Source of the DNA: Octopus vulgaris
Lineage: Eukaryota
Assembly (NCBI GenBank): GCA_951406725.2
Contig: OX597814.1
Coordinates: forward strand, 100,502,001 to 100,566,000
Direction: 5' to 3'
DNA: 64,000 nt
In this document: one piece after another, positions 15,009 to 26,825 of the stretch
Numbering within the stretch: the stretch's first letter is position 1
Layout: every line of letters begins with the position of its first letter
The notes under the pieces: model-generated
Seen by the model: the letters and a program-made list of their open reading frames with translations, nothing else
What the model was told of the DNA's origin: nothing
Database searches by the model: none
Translations under genes and position numbers: made by a program

Positions 15009-15255
15009 TGAAGTAATTCTGGTTATCGAACCGGTGAGATTGTTGAATATATAAGACTGGAAATGATTGACCGTAAGTTGGCTTTACTCTTCTAAGAACG
15101 AAGGTATGGTATCCGTGATTAGTTGTATTAGTCTTGAACCTTTCTGAACAGGAGTCAGTCATGTTTAAATATAATTCCAAAACCGCGTTTTCGACTGGCT
15201 GGCAAGATAAGGGAAATAACGGTGAGTAGTGATAATAAAAGTAATTATTAACACA
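15009..15255 (-). repeat. 3' LTR (247 bp)
   Basis: Direct repeat of 16350-16586 with TG..CA ends. Confidence 0.85.
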
Positions 15256-15629
15256 TTCTACCCCGTTGCTCCAAACTGTACGTTCCACACGGTGAATTCT
15301 ACTCGGTGAGTTCGTAAAATTCTTATTCATCAAAATACATGTGTGTGTGTGAGAAGTGAATGTATGTATCCAGAGAATGGAAGGAATAATATGAGGTTTT
15401 AGACTATTTCGGATGGTTCGCGCCTTCCGGTTTCTCAAGTTGTATGAGTGCAGACGCTGTTAATCAGCTTTCAATTGCTCGAGATTATTAAGTTTTGTGC
15501 TTTTGGCTTCTTCAGAGTTGATAACACAGGATCCGGTCTCAACTGCCGGTGTTTCTGCTTCGAAATCTTTCACAGGATCCTGTTTGCACGATGAGGTATC
15601 ACGCTCGGTCGGTGTAAGGGAAAATAGCG

Positions 15630-16035
15630 CATCTTCCTCCAGAGCCAGATGTTTCAACGAAACCGTTTTCTCCTTGCCGCTCGATAAGCGTACAAGGGCG
15701 TACTGTGGATTGCATTTAAGTCCACCTCTTCAGCTGCTGGGTCGTATTTTGAAAACCGCGGTTTCTTCTTCAGGGACGCGGATCCACCCTTCCCTAGCCA
15801 TTTTGGTAGTGTGGTCCCATAAGTTGAGCGCCAGTGAAAACTGAACAGCTTCTCGTCAAGTATGGTGTTAGAGGCCGTACAGAGGATGCGAATAGAATGC
15901 ATCTGTTGTACGTGTCACAGTCTGCAATATACTCGAACACGTCGCGACCGGTTTCATTAGCGAGCAGCTGGAACTTACATTCTTCCGCTACCTTCAATTC
16001 TAGATAGTGAATTAAAATACCAATGTTTCTACCGT
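15630..16035 (-). pseudogene. Frameshifted gag N-terminus joined directly to the integrase C-terminus
   Basis: ORF track pieces 15794..16075, 15654..15902 and 15460..15657 carry the gag (VFEYIADCDTY) and IN (HSIR-LCTA-N, SKYDP, TVSLKHLA) motifs in different frames. Confidence 0.8.
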
Positions 16036-16047
16036 TTTCCGGAAGTA

Positions 16048-16305
16048 AAAAAAATAATCTTCCTTCTCGAGCCATGCCAGGCCCATAAGGGCCGGTTTCC
16101 CGGTTTCAGTGGCGTAAAAACCCCTTGCTGGACGGGACGCCGGTCCGTCGCAGGATTACTCATTTTTGCCAGCTCAGTGGACTGGATCAATGTGAAATGA
16201 AGTGTTTTGCTCAAAAACACAACGCATCGCCCGGTCCACGAATCGAAACCACAACCATACGATCATGAATTCAACAGCCTAACCACTAAGCCACGCGCCT
16301 CCACA
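16048..16305 (-). mobile_element. tRNA-derived SINE nested in the Gypsy gag
   Basis: Head GGAGGCGCGTGGCTTAGTGG..GGTTTCGATTC; 13-bp TSD TTTT(C/T)CGGAAGTA at 16035-16047 and 16306-16318. Confidence 0.85.
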
Positions 16306-16349
16306 TTTTTCGGAAGTAGGTAAGTGTTTTGTCCATTATAAGAGTAAAT

Positions 16350-16586
16350 TGTAGTAATTCTGCTTATAAAACTGGTGAGATTGTTGAACACAAAAGACTC
16401 GAAATGACTGGCTTTACTCTTCCAAGAACGAGGGTATGGTATCCGTTACTAGTTGTTTTAGTCGGGAACCTAGGCGGATCAGGTGTCAGCCATGTTTAAC
16501 TATCATTCCAAAGTCTCGTTTTCAACTGGCTGGCGAGATGGGGGAAATAACTGTGAGTACTAATAATAACAGTAATTATTACCGCA
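16350..16586 (-). repeat. 5' LTR (237 bp)
   Basis: Direct repeat of 15009-15255; followed on the minus strand by ATGGACAAA (probable gag start). Confidence 0.85.
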
Positions 16587-16590
16587 CTTA

Positions 16591-16752
16591 TACATTATTT
16601 ACATTAGACGGATATTTGTCCCCATCTTGTTTGTTGTTAAGACAACGTATCGTCAGATATACCCTCCAGCTTTCATCAGGTATCTTGGGGGAAATTTCGA
16701 ACCTAGGTTCTCATTCCTAAGGTATTTTTCGACGTTATTATTATTTTTATTA

Positions 16753-16824
<72 letters not shown>

Positions 16825-16989
16825 TCAATGCCTGGAATTGAACTCGGAATCTTGGGGTTAGTAGCACACGCTCTTAACCACTACGCCATATGCTCACGCG
16901 CATATGAAGGCTGGAGGGTATATCAGCCGAAACGTTGTGTTAACAACAAGCAAAATGAGGATAAATATCCATGAAATGTAAATAATGTA
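16591..16989 (-). mobile_element. tRNA-headed SINE-like element with a hammerhead-like 3' tail and an inverted copy of that tail at its 5' end
   Basis: A box TGGCGTAGTGG (16878-16888) and B box GAGTTCAATTCC (16834-16845) on the minus strand; internal (AAT)n; about 86-bp inverted repeats at 16591-16676 and 16904-16989 carrying (CTG)ATGA-A-GGCTG..CAGCC-GAAAC-GTT. Confidence 0.75.
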
Positions 16990-17000
16990 AATATATATAT

Positions 17001-17410
17001 ACTCTTTTACTCTTTTACTTGTTTCAGTCATTTGACTGCGGCCATGCTGGAGCACCGCCATTAATCGAGCAACTCGACCCCGGGTCTTATTCTTTTGTAA
17101 GCCCAGTACTTATTCTATCGTTCTCTTTTGCCGAACCGCTAAGTAACGGGGACGTAAACACACCAGCATCGGTTGTCAAGCAATGCTAAGGGGACAAACA
17201 CAGACACATAAACACACACACGCATATATATATATATACATATATACGACGGGCTTCTTTTAGTTTCCGTCTACCAAATCCACACACAAGGCTTTGGTCG
17301 GCCCGAGGCTATAGTAGAAGACAGTTGCCCAAGGTGCCACGCAGTGGGACTGAACCCGGAACCATGTGGTTGGTTAGCAAGCTACTTACCACACAGCCAC
17401 TCCTTCGCCT
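17001..17410 (-). mobile_element. SINE family A, full length
   Basis: Near-identical to 10552-11003. Confidence 0.92.
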
Positions 17411-17614
17411 ATATATATATATATATATATATATAATAGTTTTGTAAGATGGTGACTTTCATTCAAGATAAGGAAATGAAAGGCATCGTTTTTCTATAAA
17501 ACGCAAAACAGATGATGATAAATATTACAAGACATCTGTGTAGCTATATATTGCGTCGTAGAAACTCAATGCAAAAGACTGACGTTGAATATTACTCGAC
17601 TATTTGATAATATA

Positions 17615-17831
17615 TACATAACAGGGGGAGGTTCTAGCTTTGGGTAAAAGAAAATACAAGAGGATCAGTTAATTATGATTTTATTCGTCATATTCCTCTC
17701 TCAGATCTATATACATATCACATCAGTCCTTGGGTCTTTCTAAGCCCTGTAAACGAAGTCAGAATGTCGGATTTCCAGCCAGGACTTTCACGACACCCTT
17801 AAGTTCAGAAACTTTTCAGCACCCCCTCGTA
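17615..17831. mobile_element. mariner-like MITE
   Basis: The right end is the reverse complement of TA|CGAGGGGGTGCTGAAAAGTTTCTG, a mariner-type TIR; the left TIR is degenerate. Confidence 0.6.
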
Positions 17832-17887
17832 CATACGTACGTAAGTGCATATGCATGCATGTATACATACATACATACATACATACA

Positions 17888-17918
<31 letters not shown>

Positions 17919-18227
17919 GCATACATACATACGTACATACATACATACATACATACATAAGCAGATACGTACGTGCATATATACATAAGAGCATACATGC
18001 ATACATCCAAACATACATACTTAGGTACGTGCATATATGCATACATACACACACACACATCCATTCATCCATCCATACATCCATACATACATACATACAT
18101 ACATACATACATACATACATGCATGCATGCATGCATGCATACATACATACATACATACATACATACATACATACATACATACAGACATACATACATACAT
18201 ACATACATACATACATACATACATACA

Positions 18228-18261
<34 letters not shown>

Positions 18262-18389
18262 CATACATGCATACATAAATACATACATACATACATATAT
18301 ACAGGGTGATTTCCATTCCATTACTGAAGAATGCCATCTGTTATGCTTGTAAACGTCGTTACGAGAACTCATCACCGTCACAGGTGATG

Positions 18390-18695
18390 ATCACCGTGAC
18401 CGACCAGACTATCAGATGTTGCTACACATCGCTGGTAACAATGCGCTTCGCACTGTTTTAGCCTTCAAATGACGCCACCCCGCTGGCTAAGCGTGCAGGC
18501 CAACAGAGGAAAGAGTGAGAGAAAGTTGTGGCGAACGAGTACTGCAGGGATCGCTACCACCCCCTGCCGGAGTCTCGTAGATCTTTAGGTGTTTTCTCTC
18601 AATAAACATTCACAACGCCTGGTCTGGAAATCGAAACCGCGATCCTACAACTGCGAGTCCACTGCTCTAACCACTGGGCCATTGCACTTCTACAC
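18390..18695 (-). mobile_element. tRNA-derived SINE, family C
   Basis: Minus-strand head GCAATGGCCCAGTGGTTAGAGCAGTGGACTCGC..GGTTTCGATTTCC with A/B boxes. Confidence 0.75.
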
Positions 18696-19811
18696 GAAAA
18701 CTCATATGATTAGAAAATCCAGCTTTGGGTAAATAAACCCTACTGCACATGGTACAAAGATGAAGAGTGTCTAGGGCTGCAGACAAATGCTCGTTTGAAG
18801 ATGTAGCTTCCGATTCTACGTGTCTGAAATGCTTTATAAGTATTGTAAATCATTCTTTTCAAAATGATCAATGTTCCATCATCTTTTAGTTTTCAACTTA
18901 CCATAGCAAACTACATGCCCGCTTACTTGCTTTCCACTTATCTACCTACATACATACTCTACTTTACCTACTTACCTACCTACCTTCATACAAACATTCA
19001 TGCATATATGTATGTTCATACACTCATACATGCGTACATACATACATACATACATACATACATACATACATACATACATACATACATACATACATACATA
19101 CATACATACATACATACATACAAACATAGTATATACATGCTTACATACAACACAAAGGACGTATACTGTGTATGAAGCGTTATGTATTCGTGTGTCTATG
19201 TGTCTCTGTGTATGGAAGCAAATTATGTTAATTTACTTCAAGTACCGTTAAGTAAATTTTAGAAGGTGCATTATCGATTAAAAGCTAAAGAAATGCTGGC
19301 AAAAGGATAACATCGATTTTATTCGATAATTCGATCACAAACAACTAATGAATGCAATATCACAGGGAAGCGAAATGTAAAACCGGCAACGCAAAAGGAA
19401 ATTCGCAATAAAGTACATTGAATCGTAAACACAAAGTTTGAATGAACTGATGAAAGTAACACATTTTACCGCGGTTGTTAAGCTTCCTTTAATGGCGTTA
19501 GATAAAGCTTGTTTCTTTAAATGTAAGGGACATTTTGACCGTTCTTGATCTTAAATTGTCACTTTGACATTGTTAAGGCATGTTTTCGCTATGTTACATT
19601 CATATATAGAATTTTTTTCATATAAGTTTATAGTAGAAGAAAACTGCATCTTATACAATGGTTTCTGTGCAAATTGTTTGTAATATTATATACTACTAAA
19701 TGTTGAAAGTAACTCTCCCCCAGATTACACACCAATAGTCTTATAATGTATAAATACCAGAGAAAAGTTTGAGACGGATTTGAGTGCAACATGTCTGACT
19801 ATGCTGCTATT

Positions 19812-20200
19812 CTTTCGTTCTTTTATTTGTTTCAGTCATTTGACTGCGGCCATGATGGAGCACCACCTTGAAGGGCTTTAGTCGAACAATTCGCCTCCAG
19901 GACTTATTTTTAAGCCTATTATTTAATCTATTGATCTTTTAGGCCGAACCACTAAGTTAAAGGGGTGTAAACACACCAACGTCGGTTGTCAAGCTGTGAT
20001 GAGGGCCGATAAAAGTAGACACAAAGACATACATGCACGCGCGCATACGACGAGCTTCTTTCAATTTCCGTCTCCCAAATCTGCTCAAAAGGCTTTGGTC
20101 AGACCAAGGCTATCGTAGAAGCACTTGCCCAAGGCGCCACGTAGAGGGACTGAACCCGGAAGTCTGTGGTTGGGAAGGAAGCTTCTTATCACACAGCCAA
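19812..20200 (-). mobile_element. SINE family A, diverged; other diverged copies at 48200-48623 and 59750-60190 (-), fragment at 57016-57115
   Basis: Aligns by eye to family A along its length. Confidence 0.8.
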
Positions 20201-20339
20201 GCCAAGCCTACTATGCAGAAATTCCTTACTGAACAACGACAACAACGATATGACACAATTGATGATATGGGAATCACAGGTCACTATGAAAACTTTATCG
20301 AAATCAGGTGACCTGTATATTCGATGGCTTCTTCAATAC

Positions 20340-20672
20340 TAATGGTTCTCAACCATTTTTTATCTATGGGCCCTTTATTTATTATTTTATTCTAGTGAAC
20401 CCGTATAACCATTAAATCTTTATAAACAAGCTTTACAGATACTTATAAAATTTCTGTTTTATTTTTCACACATTAACTTGCGTAGGTTGAACTATGTAAA
20501 AGGTTAGAGAAAGAAACCTAGCTGTCTTTTGCAATAGCTGTATTTAAATCAAATTTTTACATTGTCCCTTAAAATACTTCTGTGGATCCCAATTCATTAT
20601 ACTGTAAGTGTGGACACCCAAAAATCTTAAATGGACCCTCAGGGGTTATGTGGATCTCAGTTGAGAATAGAA
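20340..20672. mobile_element. hAT/Charlie-like MITE
   Basis: Ends TGGTTCTCAAC...GTTGAGAA resemble CAGTGGTTCTCAAC-type TIRs; repeated GGACCC subterminal motifs. Confidence 0.55.
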
Positions 20673-21078
20673 TATATACAGTAATGTAATAATGTATTTA
20701 AACTGTCATCGTACATCGAAGTAGTTTAATACAAGATCGGACACCTGTGTTTAATACAAGATCGGACCTTACTGCTATTATCTATAGGAAAATTCGAAAC
20801 TATAAACATCTCATCCCTTATCAAGTTTTGTGTAAATTGGTGGCTGTTTTAAACATCTCGCCTAGTTTTACAGCATCTCACGGCAATTTGTTGTCTGAAA
20901 GGAGAGTACACTGGTATATATGTTTGGGGTCAAGTCACCAGTGTGAGGATGACTTTTTTTCCTCCCGTCATTCCCAGAACTCCTGAAAACGGAATATAAG
21001 TGCTACTCTTTTTCTATTTTCATCTTCTGAAACAGTTATGGCACAACACTTATAGCATTCGTTCAGTTATACATGTTT

Positions 21079-21290
21079 AAGGCAGCGAGCTGGCAGAACC
21101 TTTAGCACGCCAAACAAAATGCTTAGCAAAATTTGTTCTGACTTTATGGTCTGTGTTCAAATTCCGTCGACATCGACTTTCACTCCCTTCGGAATCGGTG
21201 AAATAAGGGTCAGGTGATCACTGGGGTCGATGTAATCAGCTAGCCCCCATCCCTCAAAATTTCGGGCTTTTTACCTATAGTATAAAGTAT
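21079..21290 (+). mobile_element. SINE family B
   Basis: AAGGCAGCGAGCTGGCAGAA..GTTCAAATTCC head and family B body. Confidence 0.8.
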
Positions 21291-21831
21291 TCCATATATG
21301 AGCGTGTGCAAGTGCGTGTGTGCGTTTGTGTGTATAGATTTTAAAATATTTATGTCTTTGAATGCATGTGACTGTACAATATGTATATGAAGATTTGTGG
21401 TTTTACTTGAGAAATATACAGTAATGTTTGACCATTGAATTCTGCTGCTATTCAGCCAGAAGCATTGGGCTTGTGTAATATGTTCATATCCCGTTGGGCC
21501 TGTACGACACATGTCTCAATTATGGAACTTTTCCTGCTACTAAATATTAATTGGAGCACTTGACAGGTAGTATCGTTCTAAGCCAGGGTAGTAGTAGTAG
21601 TAACTAAAAGGTAGCTGCACACCCCTAGTCACCTGAACACTTGAGTCGAAGCCAAAAAATACTCCGAGAACTATTAGAATGTGTTAGTTTCTGATGAAAG
21701 CATAATCTCATGAAAGCATAGTCTTTTTCAAACCAAAAAGCTCGTTTTAAATTTGATAATTTCTCTGCACAACTTCTTCCGAATCTTCGTTGGATCTTGG
21801 ACTCTTGAAAATTGAATCATATATTTAACTA

Positions 21832-22077
21832 TCATCATCATTGCTCGACCGTGGTCGAGACAATGGAATTTACCATGCTACGCCAGACTTCACGGTCCAT
21901 CATAGCATTATGGAGGTTCTGTTGCTGGATGTCTGTATCCCTGGAGATTACATCAGGGTAGGAGAGTGTGCGCCCTCTGGTATTGCGAGTAGATGGCTTC
22001 CAGAGGAGAAGAGTAGAAATTACTTCTTTTTTAGCTCTACAAGAATGTCCAGCAAACTGGACTCTCCTACCTTTAAA
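21832..22077 (-). mobile_element. RTE-clade LINE 3' fragment
   Basis: Minus strand translates KGRRVQFAGHSCRAKKEVISTLLLWKPSTRNTRGRTLSYPDVISRDTDIQQQNLHNAMMDREVWRSMV..* (RRxxFAGH, RGR and DRxxWR motifs), ending in (TGA)n. Confidence 0.85.
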
Positions 22078-22429
22078 TATATATGTATATGAATAAAAGT
22101 TTGCATATATGCATGTCTAAAGACATATGTCTGTATAGTCCCTCTGCACATATATTTTAGCATACAGGGGGATATATAAAACTGTGTATAACACCCATCA
22201 AATTTTCATTTCCCTTTCATTGAAACAAGATGTTTGCGCTATATTTACGTGATCATTTTCGTCGCCATCATCACCATTGCTATTATTCCTCTTCCTCTCC
22301 TCCGCCTCCACCTCCTCCTCATCATCATCATCATCATCGTCGTCGTCGTCGTCGTCATCGTCATCATCATCATCATCATCATGAATATGACTTCCACTAC
22401 TACCAACACCAATTCCGACCACAACCGAC

Positions 22430-22452
22430 AAATAATAATAATAATAATAATG

Positions 22453-22491
<39 letters not shown>

Positions 22492-22515
22492 GTAATAATA
22501 ATAGTAGTAGTAATG

Positions 22516-22575
<60 letters not shown>

Positions 22576-22599
22576 GTAATAATAATAGTAATAGTAATG

Positions 22600-22641
<42 letters not shown>

Positions 22642-22694
22642 TTATAATAATAATAATAATAATAATAACAGTAATAATAATAGTAATAGTAATG

Positions 22695-22736
<42 letters not shown>

Positions 22737-22760
22737 GTAACAATAATAGTAATAGTAATG

Positions 22761-22799
<39 letters not shown>

Positions 22800-22807
22800 T
22801 TAATAAT

Positions 22808-22838
<31 letters not shown>

Positions 22839-22858
22839 TTAATAATAATAATAATAAA
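22430..22858. repeat. Compound (AAT)n array with a higher-order unit (AACAGTAATAATAATAGTAATAGTAATGAT)
   Basis: The interruption pattern recurs about four times. Confidence 0.9.
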
Positions 22859-22861
22859 AAA

Positions 22862-23065
22862 AAATACATAACAAAAACACCAGGACTTACAAACACATAT
22901 AACATACAGAAAATTGCACTACTAGGCACTGCACACATCCTACGCAGAACACTTTCCATACAATAACCATCAGAGCATCACAACAAATCACAGCACATAC
23001 CCAAGGCACACAGAGCTGCGCTCGGTAGTGAAGTGAAAGCACGCTATAAAAATAAAACTACTGAA
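22862..23065 (+). mobile_element. RLE-type LINE 3' end, family 2
   Basis: KYITKTPGLTNTYNIQKIALLGTAHILRRTLSIQ*; near-identical to 11383-11570; embedded in (TAA)n. Confidence 0.88.
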
Positions 23066-23370
23066 TAATAATAATAATAATAATAATAATCTCTAGCATG
23101 ACCTCATAAAGTAATTGTTAATTAATAGAGAGGAACATGAACAAGACTAATACTAGTAATTGGTAAAATGTCTACGGCTGTTTTTCATTTATATGTGTGT
23201 GCGTCTGTGTTCCTGTGCGTCTATTGGTGCGTGCTAGTGTGCATGTGTGTGTGAGTGTGTGTACACATGTGTATATGTATATATGCACATATATACATAT
23301 ACATACGTATGCATATATGCATACATGCACAGATATATATATGCATATATACACAGATGTATATATACAT

Positions 23371-23415
<45 letters not shown>

Positions 23416-23456
23416 TATACACAGATATATAAATATATATATATACATATATGCAT

Positions 23457-23502
<46 letters not shown>

Positions 23503-23545
23503 GTACATATACACAGATATATAAATATATATATATACATATATG

Positions 23546-23591
<46 letters not shown>

Positions 23592-23888
23592 CATATACTT
23601 TATTGGTTTTTTATGTTAAATCTGCATTTCATTAGTTATCCGCCATCTTATGTCTAGTATTTGTTAAGTTAACTTTTACATAGTTTTCTTCCTTCCTTAT
23701 TATAATCTTATGTGTTCTTTATTTGCTTTAGTGCTTTACTTTATTTCAACTTCTGCTGTGCTGCCTACTTTTTCTCTACAATTTCACACTTTTGATATCA
23801 GAAATTATTCATTGTACACTAACACTCATTCTCTCACACACACATGATGTATGTTTAAATGCATGTATATATATATATATATATATAT

Positions 23889-23923
<35 letters not shown>

Positions 23924-24699
23924 ATATATTTCTTACTTTAGTATTTTGTTCTTTGTAAGTAATTATTTACTCATAGTGCATTTGTGTACTATTAAGTGTT
24001 TCAGTAAACCGCCTTTCCAACGATTTAGATTCTTCAAAATACAACTGAAAATTATCGGACGTTTCATAACAGTCGTCCTTATTCGTATTTCCTTTATTCT
24101 TATACGGTCGTTTATGTAGGTAATTGTACTCAAAAACTGATACATGACTGTATTTAGAGATAAGTTGTTAAAAAAAAATAAAGAGAAGAAAAGTTATAAA
24201 TGCTTATACCCTCACACAAATATACACACATACGTGTGTGGCTGGTAGGAAGTGAGCATGCGTGTGTATGTTTTTATATTTGGATACGTGTTAATTTATA
24301 TATAATACATGTGTGCGTAAACATTCTGTACTTATGTAGCAACTCATAAATTATTTAAACTGGAAATATATTTAAGTAGTATATAATTAAACACACGCAC
24401 ATATATACAAAGGCCCATTGCACATGTGGATAAGAATTTATGTGTAAAATAAAAACAAGGGTAATAGACAAACACACGCATATGCATGTATTATATGTGT
24501 GTCAATGTGTGCGTGTGCACTTGTATGTGGGTGTGTGTGCATGTCTGTATGTGTGTGCACTTGTGTGTACGTGTATGCGTTCTACGAAAATATTGGTATA
24601 TATTCTTTCTTTCTTGACAGAATTCACTTGTATTTAGTTATGTTATATATATTCTACGTATGTGTACACATACATAGATGCATGCACACATGCACTCTC

Positions 24700-24930
24700 C
24701 CCGAACCATGTGGTGAGAAGATTGCTTCCCGACCACATGTTTCCAGGTTCTGTTCCACTACGCGGTACCTTAGTCGAGCGTTTCAGCCAAAGCATTGAGA
24801 GTGGAATTCGTAAGCGAAAACTGAAAGGAGTCCGTCGTATATATATACTAGCAGTATCGCCCGGCGTTGCTCGGGTTTGTAAGGGAAATAACTATAAAGC
24901 ATTTTGTGAGTTATAGGCAAAAATGGAAAA

Positions 24931-24966
<36 letters not shown>

Positions 24967-25107
24967 CGCTGCGTTAGTTTTGAATTATGACATTGGGCTA
25001 TGTGTGTGTCAAGTTTCATCAGAATCGGTTGAAAGCCGTGGTCAGGTGAGGTACAACCTAACAGACACACAGAAACACACACAGACAAACTGCCGTTTAT
25101 ATATAGA

Positions 25108-25194
<87 letters not shown>

Positions 25195-25320
25195 GACGAG
25201 GTGTATAACTCTTTGTATTGTGCGTGTGTCTGTGTCTGTGTTTGTTTACTCATCCCCGTGTGACAGCCGCTGTTGGTAATTTTACCCCACCCTTGTAACC
25301 TAGCGGTTTGACAAAAGAGA
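24700..25320 (+). mobile_element. Diverged SINE family A interrupted by a Helitron in its internal (AT)n
   Basis: 5' half at about 24700-24840 and 3' half at about 25200-25320. Confidence 0.65.
24848..25109 (-). mobile_element. Short non-autonomous Helitron
   Basis: Minus strand begins TCTCTATATATAAACGGCAG and ends with the same CCCGAGCAACGCCGGGCGATACTGCTAG terminus as 6643-7781. Confidence 0.85.
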
Positions 25321-25669
25321 CCACCTCATTTCTAGGTTTGCTGACCATCCTTGGCTTCCTTGTCCTCTGAATTTTCCATTTGTGATTACCTCTTGTGGGG
25401 CAACTCAAGGCACGCGTGTATGCACGATTTAAAGGTACCTATTAGTGTGGAAGTCGCCCAAATGGACAAAGCAATGCTGGAGAGAGTGGAGGACAACTTC
25501 CAAGAACGCCTTCAGTAATGCAACAATGAAAATGGACACCAAAAAATGAATGTTCTTTTCCACCCTTGATTTTGACGAATGCTAATTCAATACGAGCATA
25601 TTGATGTCAATAAAATTTGTCTGCAGCTGGATTTTTCAAAAACGTCCATCCTCTTTGCCCCACCCTATA
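25321..25669 (+). mobile_element. Tc1/mariner superfamily transposase 3' fragment with right TIR (DD41D/rosa-like)
   Basis: Translates HLISRFADHPW..CDYLLWGQLKARVY...LKVPISVEVAQMDKAMLERVEDNFQERLQ*CNNENGH, matching the WPPRSPDLxPCDFFLWGxLK motif; ends CACCCTATA (CACCCTG|TA-like). Confidence 0.8.
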
Positions 25670-25944
25670 TCATGATTGAAATATTCCTTCACCAACTGGC
25701 ATTAAGGACAAGATCACCTCTAAACGTTATTGAACTTTATATTCGGAAGAAAAGATTTCATATCAAGGAAGTAGGAAGACAAAGTAAGAAGCTATATATA
25801 AAACATATGGTTTAATAAATCATATGTAAAAATGTATCCCTGTAATACTTTAGGTAACTAACGTCGTATGTTTAGACCAACATTTAAATTTTGTGACTTA
25901 GTAAGAAAGGCTGCGTCCACTAACGTTTTCTGAACCTATGAGAT

Positions 25945-26825
25945 TGATTAGATGAATTTCTCTTTAAACTAAAGATATCCTCCCAAATAATAGAACAGAT
26001 CATACTCGTCAGTCAATGTTGTCTAAGTGGTTACGCATACGTATATTTAGGCTAGGGTAAAAATTTTTGAGGAATACCAACAGTATGCAAGATACGCGTG
26101 CAAGTCTTCTCGCTCGTGGCTAGTGATATTTATCCAACGGAAAGGTGTCTGATTTAGGCCTATACTGCTTGGCATCTTTGTCGTCGTAGCCGTTGCTACC
26201 TGAAGGCATAAAGCCATGTCAGATACCGCAAAGTATATTTCGGAATAGCCTAATAATCCTGTTAATCTATCGTACTGGATTGATATTTATGAAGAACAAT
26301 GCCGATTTCGGTCGGATTTGAACTCAGAGTGCAGAATCTCAGAACATATGTCAAAATCTTTCTATCAAACGCTCTAATGACAGCTCTCTACCTTACTCAG
26401 TTGCATGCATCAAGGTAAGTAAGTTATTACCTGTTTAATGCTATGAAACCAAAGTCGAAACACCGTTTGCTTGCTTACCTTTAATTCGATAAATATATAA
26501 TGCATGTAAGGTTTCCGCCGGTCAACGTTGACTATACAGTTACACATATGTATCTTTAGGCTTGGACAAAATGTTTTAGGAATGCCAACAGTACTCTGTA
26601 CTTCCATGTCTTCTCGCTCCAAGCTAGCGCTATTTATCCAATAGTATGGTATCCGATTTGGGCCGATGCTGCTTCATTTGATGAGTTTCTCTTTAAACTA
26701 AAGATCTCTGAAAAAATGGAACTGACTATGCTCAGCAGCATGTATGACCTCAGTCGGTCAGTGTTGACTATACAGTTACATACATGTATCTTTAGGTTTA
26801 TGAACAAATTTTTGTGGAATACCAT
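25945..26825 (+). repeat. Degenerate local tandem repeat, unit about 236 bp
   Basis: CGGTCA..GTTGACTATACAGTTACA at 26519 and 26755; a related copy at about 26010-26170; TTTCTCTTTAAACTAAAGAT at about 25957 and 26686. Confidence 0.7.

Larger units (their letters stand above)
15009..16586 (-). mobile_element. Internally deleted Ty3/Gypsy LTR retrotransposon
   Basis: Two diverged TG..CA LTRs (16350-16586 and 15009-15255), 5-bp TSD CTTAT (15004-15008 / 16587-16591), purine-rich tract AGCAACGGGGTAGAA before the 3' LTR, gag remnant (KFQLLANETGRDVFEYIADCDTY) and integrase C-terminal remnant (HSIRILCTASNT..SKYDP..GKEKTVSLKHLA). Confidence 0.88.

Noticed and set aside
16821-16893. tRNA-like sequences here and at the SINE heads
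   Set aside because: They have A/B boxes but no convincing acceptor stem and run into repeat bodies, so they are SINE heads and not tRNA genes.
23370-23600. 92-bp local duplication; a similar 90-bp one at about 34500-34620
   Set aside because: Ordinary slippage duplication within low-complexity AT/AC sequence.
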